From contig NC_087252.1 in the NCBI RefSeq assembly GCF_037042905.1, positions 16,432,001-16,496,000 of the forward strand: DNA of 64,000 bases, in the 5' to 3' direction. Position 1 is the first letter of the stretch, and each line of letters begins with the position of its first letter. Under the pieces are notes generated by a model. That model had not been told where the DNA came from and ran no database searches. It was given only the letters and a program-made list of their open reading frames with translations. Positions 38,780 to 49,822 of the stretch are shown one piece after another. The translations under genes and the position numbers were made by a program. This stretch comes from Lytechinus pictus (Eukaryota).

Positions 38780-41700
38780 AACCGGGACGGGGCTTTAATT
38801 CTTTAACTTGGCTTGACTGACTCCTTTGTTCCCCCAAAAGAATTGTTATGTTTGATAGTTAGCGTTTGCGTCAGCACCCACCAAAACTCTTTACAAAAGA
38901 AAAGAATGGTTTGTATAGCTGCTCCATTCTTGCTTTGTCGGCAAGTGATAATTAACTCGTTTAAGTACCCATTCCACACACTACGTCACAGTAGCTTTCG
39001 AAAACATACTTTTACTAGGGTATGTGTTTAAACATTGAAGCTAAATTTCGCTAGAATTTTTTTAAATAGGTACATTATGTAAATAGCTTTGCTTTGAAGC
39101 GCATTGAGCATCCAATCAAGATGGAAAGTGCGCCTTACAAATGCCATGTATTATTATTTTTAGCTGCCATATAACACTGAATTCTGTATTATACCAAATT
39201 GTGACTTGGTTTTATAATTTCCAATTCATATAACAAAGTATATTTTTTCCTCCTCATTTATTATTTCCACCACTTTCATCTCTTCCTAATTCGAATATCT
39301 ACCAATGTAACTTAAAAACCGCAATAGAGTGCTGGTAATGTAATCAGATGTTTTAGCAAAAAGATAAATCTGTTTTATCTGTTACATTTAGGTAAATTTA
39401 TACTTTTTATAGGGTGAGGGTTTTAGAGAGCCGATTTGAACCGAAATGAAAAGAACATCCTCATTTATTGTTGTTAACGCATCAACAAATTAATTCCCCC
39501 CCTCATTTCTATGAACATCCTGTCATAAATTGGGAAGCGGATGTGATCAAAGGAGATCAAAGGTGTGGGCGGGGAGCAAGACTCTACCCGACTGTTGACA
39601 ATAACAAAAGAACCAAATAACAAATCGATGGGCACAACCAGTTTTGCTGGTGTTCGCTTTCTGCACGTCTACTTTGTATGATCTTGGTCATACTAGTATT
39701 CGTTTTCACGTACCTTTCATTCCCTTTATTAGGGTTTTATCAACCATGTCAACGAATTGACGATCCCAATATTGACCGCACGTTTGTTATAACATAATGA
39801 GAATTCGCAAATGCCCTTGATATTCATAATTCTGTTTTATTTTAAGTTTGTTATTAATGTTTTTTAACATTCACTCTGTTAATAACTTGTCAATTTTGAT
39901 TTACAAAAAAAAAATCAAGTCTGCTTATTAATGTCTTTTGTCTATTTTAATTATTTTTTGTTGTTGATATGCCTTTCTTTCTTCTTTCCTGATTCCACCT
40001 TGTGCACCCCGTTAAAACTCAAGGAAGAATGTTTCAAATGTTTTCTAGTTCTTACACTGTTCATAATAAGGAGATGGGATTTGGTGTAAAGTTCACGCTG
40101 AGGGGAGAGGAATGGGTACGTATGGAGAGAGAGAAAAAAATATCACAAAAGATAAAGAATTGATCTCCATGACATTAAATCACAATTGTGTCCTATTTTT
40201 TAAACAAATTTGTATGATACATGTATGCCTCCCACGTAAGGAAAATGAATTTACCTAATGCATCAAATTAGATTAATTGATTATTCATTGCGGTAAATGA
40301 AAAACAATAAATTCGATGTTCCAGCAAGGGTGACCAGATTTCACAAAATTAAATACGGGAATTCGACAAAGCACTATGTACCATCGGATCGACCGAGCCA
40401 GGCCAAAAAATCAACAAAAATGCTACACAATGTTAGACTTGTTAACAAAATATATTAAGAAAGGGGAAGGGAGGGTGAGCGGAAGAAACAAAAGAGAAAA
40501 AAAATGAGGAAACAAGAAATTAATTGAGAGGAAAGAAAAATAACGAAAAATTAAAAGGAAAAAAGTTTGAATAAAAGGATGAAAGAAAGAATAAAAGACA
40601 GATAACAGTTTCCGTCATTACTTGAAATAAATAAAAAAGAAATAATTAAAATAAAGGAAGGGAAGATGAATAAATGTGTGAAAGAAAAAAAACATAAGGA
40701 GAGAAAAGAGAAAAGTAAGAAAAATGGAGGAAAAGAGAAAGAAAAAAAAAAAGAATTCCTTCATTATTTGAAAGAAACAAAGACAGAAGAAAACATGAAG
40801 GAAGGAAGAAAGGAAAGAGGGAATAAGGGAAAAGAATTAAAAGGGAAAACAGAAATGAAAAAAATGAAAGAAAATAAAACAAATAACATCTAAAAAAAAA
40901 TCTAAAATAGATTCTGATCACGCTAGCTTAAAAATATAATGGTCTATCACAACATAACCAAAGTACATGCATATGTAAACATAATGCAATGTACGTACCC
41001 TAGGGTACCCGAGGATTAGTGCGGGCACGGCCAATATTATATAGCACGCAGGAAACTGCGGGCGCGGCTAAACCCCCTAGGGGGCTCCCCTTGAATACCC
41101 TCGGTTAGACGCAAAAGCCCCCTAGGGTGTTTGCGTGCTCGGGCGTGACGTTTCCTGCGGCCGGCACTGTACCTTTTATTGGGATTGTGAGGATTATCCT
41201 TTACAAATGGGAGAGGACTGGATAAAGTACCATGTGAGTGTATTTTTTTTAACATGTAAGTGAATAAAAAAACTTGTTTAGCATTTTTGCGCTTTTATAC
41301 CATAGATCGGCAAGGAATGATGAAAAACATTCTAAATTTAATGAGAATCAGTCTATGGGGGCCCAAGATATACCGCATGAATACATAATTATCTCCATTG
41401 ATATCGATGCATATTTTGCTTTGTTCACAAAGTCGATGCATTATTTGCCCTGTTCACAATATAATGCAATTTATATAAATGAAGCTACTTAGTTATGTAT
41501 TCATGAGGTCATATCTTGGGCCCGCATGGATCAGTGCTCGGCTCTTGATGTATTTCATCATACCAAATATGGTATTGATATACTGCCCAACTTTGGCAAA
41601 AGGAAGCAAGTGACACATCAGTCAAATTTGAGTTATTGTTTCTGACACACCCTTTGCACTTGTATGTTGCACGTTCAGGCCAAATTTGGGGAAGAAATTA

Positions 41701-44291
41701 TCATTCTATGGACAGATATTGAACAAAATGTGCTGATAAATTACAACAAATGATATTTTTGTAACTTGCTTCCTTTTGCCAAAGTACGACAGAATAGTGA
41801 TGATAATTGATATGCTATTTTTTTTTTTTTTTTTGGGGGGGTGACCATACTGCATATTCACATACAATCATATTCAAACATGGAAATAAAACAGTCCACC
41901 TTGCCTAAGTGACTGCTGAAATGCTTTGACTTTTGAAGGATAGAAATAAATAATAGAATATTAAAAAAGAAAAATTTGAAAAAACCTCTGACTTTACCAA
42001 CTTTAGGCGTAGTTGTTAGTATAAGAAAAATAATTATGTGTAGCATTTAACCAACATACCATTGATATGCATTTCTTACCCATCCACTCATGTATGATCA
42101 AAACAAAAATGAATTGCCTTCATTTTCCATAACTAACTCTTCTGACCACCCCATGCCTGCACACACACCCTTACACACTGCTTTAGAACTTTAGATGACA
42201 GTCCACTTTGCATAAAACATTCAGAAGTGATCTGTAACATAATTTGTTTGACAGAACATTTTTTCTTTCAAGAGTGACATAAATAACAATGGTAAACAGA
42301 CTGTTGCATCTGATATTAGATTTTACTTCTGGGATTTTATGCAAGGTTGACAGAATATATTTACTTCAGATTTTGCACAATAAAAGCACCCAAAGTGACA
42401 TTTGAGCAGCGTTAACAAAAGAAACTGTGCATATGATTTTAAGAAATATATTTGAGATTTATTTAAACAAGCTATTTATGATTACTGTAGATGTCCATAC
42501 ACACTGACAATGTAAGTAAAACTAAAAAGATTTGAATTTCCCCCATGTTTTATAATATGGTTTTACAATACCAAATACATATGACAAGGAGACGATCTGC
42601 AGACCTAATCTTTACAATCACTATAAGCTTATAAAACCAAAGTACTAAACATGAAACCAAATTGAAAACAGAAAAAAAGATTTACTTGTCTCTCGTGTTA
42701 TAAAAACAAAATGTATCTTTACAAGTTTCATAAAAACTGTACAAGGAATTGTGTTGTGAACACAAAGACACCCAAACCAACAAAGTATCAAACTGTCATA
42801 CCCTCTAGTTGCATATCCTATCAACACATACAGTCTGCTCATAAATTACAGTGAAGTCGAGCAGAGTATGATCCATAACGTATAGAGCCTACATGACTTG
42901 AGAAAGCTATTTCTCAACCCCTTGGGATGGTACAAACTAAAATGTAGACGTCTTGGTCATCATCAAAGCCCCGGAATACATCAGAAGGAAATGCATTCCT
43001 GATGGCATTTACAACGCACGATGGTAGTGGGACTCTCACTCGTCTTCCTAAAAAATGCCAACACCACCTTACGAACTGTCTGTATGCAATGTGCCTCGAT
43101 TTCCTACAGAGAAAGACATACAAAAATAAATAAAGCAAAGTTGTAAAGTTGTTTGGATTAAATGTGCATTAATCATACATAAAAAAATTCTTTGTCTTAC
43201 TTACTCTAAACTTCTGAAAATTTCCTTTATTTGTGAAACCAGGAGAAACGTAAAGATTTGTTTCGATTGTATGATTGATTTTCATGTTTGATTGTACATG
43301 TACACTGTAGTCGATGCAATCAATCATAAAAAATGTTTTACAATGATTAATACGCTTTGTGTAATACTGGCCCCAGAATTAAAAATGGCAATAAAGTCCT
43401 GAAGTTCATGAGGTGGGGGATCTGTCAGCAAACGTTCAATGAATTGAGAATTTACAAATGAAAAAGGCAGATGCACCCAAGGCCCAAGTTCACACCCTGG
43501 ATCAGGCACTTTTCCTTGAAGCTTATTTCACTCTGTATCGTACATTCAACATTTTTTGTAATAACAATTAAACCTATAATAACTATTTTATGACACCTAT
43601 AGATCCTTGTCATTTGATTGGTTGTTTGATATTGACCATTCAGCCCATTTGCCAATGACGTCATCTGCAATTTCAGATCCATACAATGTGCAAGTTTGGA
43701 TCCAAACAATTTTGTCCATTGAAACCGACCCCCAGTAAAAACATGTATGTTTGCACCATGGGCCACGGAAGGGGGGGAGGCACTTTATTCCAAAACGATG
43801 TACAAAAATGTAATAATTATTTTTTGCATAGTCAGCTGACTCAGCTCCCCATTTTCAAAACTGTTCCGCGGCCCTGTGCAGTGCATGTGTCGTAAGTACG
43901 CCACAATCATCAGCTCGAGCTCGCACTGCATGGGCAAATGACATCAAAATTCATTAATAAATGACAAGTATCTATTTTTAGGTGTCATATAAACCAAATA
44001 AGGATTATTTTTCATTCCTGTAATGGACAAATACTTTATTTGGTGAAAGATGAAATGAGTGCGTGAACGTATTCTGTCCCTTGCACTCATAAACATTCAT
44101 TATTTGTATACAGATTACTGTGCACAAAGATGCACATGGGTAATGAGAAACACTTACTCATTTGGTGTTGCATCCCGACGAGCTCGCCCTCCATACTGCT
44201 GTAAGTAGTGAAACTGTGCCGTTTCCAGACACCATCTATCCAGACAAACTGTTTGAAATCCAGGATGCTCTGTAATGCATCGCAGGGCCAG

Positions 44292-44444
44292 GGGGGCGTT
44301 TCAAGGACTTGTCGGACGTTTTATCCGACAAGTACCATTTTATCCGACAGTTACCATAGTAACAATACCTCTCAGCCAATCAACATCAGAGAAAGATGTC
44401 AGATCTGACAACTTGTCGGATGAAAATATTGATGAAACACTCCC
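44292..44444. mobile_element. Harbinger-type MITE inserted in KolX exon 2
   Basis: GGGGGCGTTTCA ... TGAAACACTCCC, flanked by CAG and CTG (CWG, one mismatch). Removing it restores the reading frame ED-(Q/L)-ALRCITEH. Confidence 0.8.
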
Positions 44445-45115
44445 CTGGTCTTCACCGAATTCCTCCTTGTACTCCTCCATCTTTTCCACAACTTTGTCAC
44501 ATTGATTGCAACAAAATGACTCCCTCAATGTTGGCATTGGTTAATTGACATCCTCCATGACACGAACACCTGTAGCATTCATGAAAAAAGTTATTAGCAG
44601 CAATTCCATGAGCAGGGAAGGGGGAAATTACAAAGGCTTTTATCATTGCTTGGACAAGCCACTGTAGGCTTCAGCACCCCCCCCCCTCCCATTTTTTTCA
44701 AAACTGCTTACAAAAACGAACATATGACGTTTTGATTGTTTTCGCATGACCACACCCCCATTCCGTGGCTCTCGTTGATTACCAACGAAGGCAAACCGCA
44801 AAGTCAAAGAAACCAAGCTTTCTGTCAATGAATTACTTACTCATAGTTCATATCAGTCATAGACATAGTGAAGAGGTAAGTGAGGGAGCTGGGGAGACGA
44901 GTGAGCATATGGCTACCATGGGCTAAGAATAAGATGAACACTTAGTGAGACCTAATTGTAAGGCTGATAATAATCGCCTCACTCGTTTGCCTTATACTAG
45001 ACTATCATTAGACATTTAAAGCTTATTTCAAATTCATTTAGCATTTTAGGATTTAGAAATAAAAGTTTCATATTTTTTAAAACAATTGTCATGATTGTAG
45101 TAGTAGGCCTACAGT

Positions 45116-45798
45116 TAGGGTGTCTGAAGCCACACTGAAAAGTGTCAGCATAAAACAGGCTAATTTAGGGGAAAATATGGCACATTTTTTTCGGGGAAGT
45201 TCAGGCTACTAGAAAAATGTGATCTGAATTGAATATTAACTTGTGTTTGGCATGTATGGAAAGAGAAAATTCAGGGGCTTCTTTTGACAGTAAGGACAAG
45301 TTTATATGATCATTTTAAATAAGGATTTAGAGATAAATTGCAAACCCTTATTTTTGTGTGTGTTGAGATTGCCATTTCTCCATGCGTTTTCTATGGGAAA
45401 ATGAAATTTCTGTTTTGCACAATTTTTTTCACTTTGTCGCAATTTTTCATTATGATCTGGTTTCCAAATCTTTATAAAAATCATACCATCAGATAGAGCA
45501 TAAAAAGTCCTATTGGACTCTTTATGGACAAGTTTTTGGCATTAATAATAAATTTATAACAGCTCTCGGAAGCTAAAAATTTGGATTTGTGTGTGTCCAT
45601 TTCTTAACTACACAGTCTATGGCAGAGAAATGCTGAAAATTTACCTAATTTCATTCTTCTTTTTTGCAGCCAATAATTGGATTTTTTTCAAAAATTTTAC
45701 ATTTCTGTCGGTCTGAAGGTCATTTCTCTCCAAATTCACAAAGAAAATGCGATATTTTCTTGAAATAAGAAAAATAATTTTTTTCTCCAGACACCCTA
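45116..45798. mobile_element. hAT-like MITE in KolX intron 1
   Basis: TAGGGTGTCTG(A/G)AG TIR; CTACAGT is duplicated on both flanks (7 bp visible). Confidence 0.65.
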
Positions 45799-47840
45799 CT
45801 ACAGTAGTAGTACCGGTAGTAGTAGTAGTAAAGTTTTAACTAAGGCCTAACTTAGATTTTGAATTAATTCAAAGACAAAGTAGTTTGGACAATATTCATT
45901 TGACCAAGACCTGTTAAAAACGCAATCGGAAGTGCAATTCACATCTGCACTCACCAGTTATTGTTCCCTAATATTGCATTAGCGTCAGCTCTCCCACCAT
46001 CTTCTCCGACGGGAACCTGGCCCACGGGCACGGCAGCGCCACCGACAGCGAGTGGTTCAAACATGTAAGGTTGAATCCCGAATTCCCGTTCTTCTCCCTC
46101 TTCCGGCTCAGAATCCAAATCAGCATAAATCGCTGGGTCGTCAGAAAACTCATCTGACTCGCGATCACTATTCATTTTAGCTTCCGAAATTAGATGTAAT
46201 ATAATAGTCGAAGTACAAAGGCAAAGCGAACGATAAATAAAAACAAGTTGGAATTGGAAAGCGTGATATCATATCAAGCATGCAAGCTGAATAGTGCCAT
46301 CGTAGACGTAACCGCGGGCACCAGTCGTGAAGTACCAATGTGAAATAAAGTATGTATACGTATGCGTGGTGCAGTTTTTACAGTTACTAAAAAAACGACT
46401 GTCTACGCGTCTACGATCATAACTTGAGTTCCGTTCAGCGAGCAAGAACATTGGGGAACTTTCTTTCACAAAAGTTACAAAATAGCACAAGCGCTGTAAA
46501 TTTGTGGTAAAAGGTGGGATTCATCTTGTAAGATATATATCTAAGGAGGTAATTCAATCATAAAATAATAATTTCTAACCGTCAACTTCCGTAAAATCTA
46601 AGTTTAACAGCGGAGTCTTTTATGGCTTTTTGTGTACAGTATGCATTCGACTCGTAATAGCCGAGCTCTCGGCATTTACTTTTCTGACGTCACTTGGAGG
46701 TGTGCGCTAAGTTAGCCAATCAGATCACGATTTCCCAGGAAGGTCAAAAAACCGAAAGTTTTTCCAAATTTTCGTCAAAATTAGACTTTATTGCGGCAAA
46801 CAAATGTAAAATTCGTTTTTAGTGGGTAATTTTACATAAATCAGTAGGAATTAATTTTCCTAATTTAGAAAACCTTTAAAGTATACATCCGAAGAATCAA
46901 AAGTATTTTATAATGACTTTATGTGGTCATCATTGTAAAGGGGAAGTATTACTAATCAGATATATAACTTCACTTTTCAAAATAGTGATCAGAGTTTGCA
47001 GAAATCAGCTAGCTGATCTCAAAAATGATTTATTTTCATGCCATATGTCTGCCTTCCACCGGTCCTCTTGCGAGCTCCAGCTGAGTGACGTCACACAATG
47101 AGCAGTGAGCAGCTGAGAGCTGACAGCAGCCCATATTGGAGACGATCTTTCCAATCAGCGTTTTTTGCTCTTAGAATTGTTTATTGCTCTTAATATTGGT
47201 CTTGTTATATAGATAAAAGTTTGAATTTACTGAACAGTGAAAAAAAGTGAACATTTAACGTATTTTGGTAACCGATATTTAGCTTAGAATTTTTTTTTTT
47301 TCAAGAAATATATGTGAATAAACAAAGCATATTTTCACGTAGAAATCACACTTGCATCACATTAATATTATAATCAATATAAAGCATAGACATTCTTCTT
47401 TATGACTGAACAAAAATTATGAAATTTCATTAAGTAGCAAAGTCAGGAACCACAAAAAAGAACACGGCAATATCCATCGCGAAATGACTGAAATTGCAGT
47501 TGAATTGCCGAAGCAATATTAGGCAACAGCGGCGAGCGGACTTTATTTCATATATCTTAAAAATGCCATTCCGGTAGGGCAATGGTCTGTGGCCAAATGC
47601 GTTGGCCATTGTTTTGTCATGTGCGAGGACCCTGGTTCGAAACTCGGGATTTTTTTTTCTGGGCATTTTTTTTTTATTCCTTCCCCGTCCCTACCCATCT
47701 TTTTTTCTCTTTTTATTTTCTTGTGAAATTCTATTCAGACCTGTATTTATCAAATCTTGCTTCTTAATTGCTGCTTTTGATTTTCAAGTTCTTGATTAGA
47801 TTATTTCTACTCTTATTTGGGATGGGAGGGGTAGAGTTAA

Positions 47841-48170
47841 AAGTCAAGTCCACATCAACTAAACATTATTTGAATAGAGTAATTTCCCTTGTTGTTTTTA
47901 CTCAAAACAGTCATATACACAAAACAATGATATGCAAATTAGAGTTGTCACTCACATCACATTCGTTTCTATTTTTTGTGGCATTTTGTTTTTTATTCTT
48001 TGCAGATTTGACGATAGGAAACTCTTCATCTGATCACAATAGGTTATATTTACGGAACTGTTAAAATAGTAATTATATAAATTTGAATCAAAGTTTTTAT
48101 GAAATTTCCTGCAATATCTTGTTATTTTTCTTTAAATTCAAATGAATTTTTGATTGCGTGGACTTCTCCT
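47841..48170. mobile_element. Degenerate Kolobok-like MITE
   Basis: TTAA|AAGTCAAGTCCAC ... GTGGACTTCTCCT|TTAC. Confidence 0.45.
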
Positions 48171-49432
48171 TTACTCTTAATGTAGGGAATGCATAGCAAA
48201 ATTTATCCAGAAACAAAATTGTCTTAGAATATGCAAATCAGTAATTGGACACATGTTCACTTTTCTTTCATCCAGGCCACTTCCTCACATCCACCAGGCT
48301 TTCAGTCTTATAACAAAAACGATGAACCATCACACAACAGCACACAACATTCACAGTGCTTCACAATAAATATTTCACTTCTGTTCATACATGCAATAAA
48401 TATTGTGGAAAACAAATAAAAGGCGTACCCATATTCAAATACCGTTTAAAAGGACAAATATATTATACCTTTCGAGAAAAATCAGCACGTTAAATATCTG
48501 ATAACAAAACATAATTATGGGGCACTGCAAGAAACTTATGTTCAATTGCAAATCAAGCGTAAGTCTTAAATTCAAATTCAAGCGTAATAAGGTCGAGTTG
48601 CAATCGCAATTCAACTACATGTTTAATCAAAGGACTTACCCTTGATTTGGGACGTGTGATTGAGTATAACATTTCTCGCAAAATGCCCTAGTAACATTAA
48701 AATTGTTCTTTCGTTTTAAATTGTGTGTTATTATTTTTGACAAGCTGTATTCCTGTCCAAGTCAAATTTCTTAGTTCTCTCCAAAACTGTGCTCAAAATT
48801 GTTTCCAAGATTGATAAAGAAAATTTTTCTTTTGTATCATTATCAGTCCACAACTTGCAAACCGTAGGTCCTGGAAAGAGTGAAGAAAAAAATGGCTATA
48901 TCCAAATCATAGTAAAAGGACATGATGGAATCTCCCAGATTGAGGTAGCAAGCAGAGACCAGAAGTCACCAGAGTCAGCAAGTGTGTAGATCTGTGTGTA
49001 GAAGAGAGAAAAAAAGAAATAGTTTAAATAATCAAATCAAAGTATGAATTTAATTATCGTGATGATTGATGACGTGCGGTACTGGCATGTAATTCCCGGT
49101 CAACAACAAATGATAGTAGGTTAAGACACCTGAATAGTTCCACTCAGAACACTGGTGCTCTACCTCAAGTGATGTTTGTGTAGGCCCCACTCCACTTCAC
49201 TACCGCTACACTACAGTACATGTACGCCACACCTACCCGGGTAGGTGTGTAGCGTAGTGTAGGCTGTAGCAGTAGTGAAGTGGAGACTACACGAATATCA
49301 CTTGAGGTACGGTGCTCTCTGAGTCTCTGTGTCATTACAAAGATTGCATTTATCTTCATTGTTGAAGGCATTACGCATGCATATATGCAGCAACACTCTA
49401 ATCAGAAAGAAACACCAGACTCTAATTTTGGC

Positions 49433-49822
49433 CCACCCAAGGGTTCATTACATGCCGCCGCGCACATAAAATTCAAGCCATAGAAGTCGTGTGTTGTGGA
49501 CCCAAGAAGTGAGATCCCAGCACGCGCGACCCACTAGTTAGAAATCCACTGCCAAACGCGGTTCGTGGTGCGAGGTTAGTATACTAATACTAACCTCGCA
49601 ATACGTGTGAGTGATTTTGGCCAGGAATCAGGGTAATCACCACTCACACGTATTGCGAGGTTAGTATTAGTATACTAACCTCGCACCACGAACCGCGTTT
49701 GGCAGTGGATTTCTAACTAGTGGGTCGCGCGTGCTGGGATCTCACTTCTTGGGTCCACAACACACGACTTCTATGGCTTGATTTTTCTGTGCGCGGCGGC
49801 ATGTAATGCACCCTTGGGTGGG
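49433..49822. repeat. Near-perfect ~180-bp-arm palindrome with a ~25-bp spacer
   Basis: ~49433-49612 is the reverse complement of ~49641-49822. Confidence 0.92.

Larger units (their letters stand above)
33993..41169. mobile_element. Tc1/mariner/pogo-type non-autonomous element (TA TSD), 7.2 kb, between the two Kolobok genes
   Basis: TA|CAGTGCCGGCCGCGGGAAACGTCAC ... GTGACGTTTCCTGCGGCCGGCACTG|TA. CCCTAGGG palindromes are repeated in both subtermini. No transposase ORF seen. Confidence 0.85.
42914..46175 (-). pseudogene. KolX-like / P2X7 ballast-domain-like protein gene, 3 exons, disrupted
   Basis: Exons: 46175-45955 (TG|GTGAGT), 44569-44158 (cag|...GA|GTAAGT), 43103-42914 (tag|); both introns phase 2. 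Reconstructed protein: acidic N-terminus...IQPYMFEP...NNWCSCHGGCQ/PMPTLRESFCCNQC...RCITEHPGFQTVCLDRWCLETA...KSRHIAYRQFVRWCWHFLGRRVRVPLPSCVVNAIRNAFPS. Frameshift at ~44541-44544 and a MITE at 44292-44444. Confidence 0.85.
17135..46875 (+). mobile_element. Kolobok-superfamily DNA transposon (transposase + convergent KolX), ~29.7 kb including nested insertions
   Basis: TTAA at 17131-17134 and 46876-46879. TIRs are AGGGTTACTAAATTAGAAAAAT and (reverse complement) AGGTTTTCTAAATTAGGAAAAT, 19/22 identical, with RR...YY termini. They enclose a THAP-DDE gene (+) and a Cys-rich gene (-), tail to tail. Confidence 0.88.

Noticed and set aside
42914..46175. A true P2X7 receptor gene
   Set aside because: There are no transmembrane or ectodomain exons; the ballast-like domain has its own ATG exon inside the transposon.
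17135..46875. KolobokP-type long terminal direct repeats
   Set aside because: The left and right terminal regions show no direct similarity by eye, and no His-Me nuclease gene was seen.
47570..47650. tRNA gene
   Set aside because: Only a B-box-like GGTTCGAAACT is present, with no cloverleaf; at most a degenerate SINE head.
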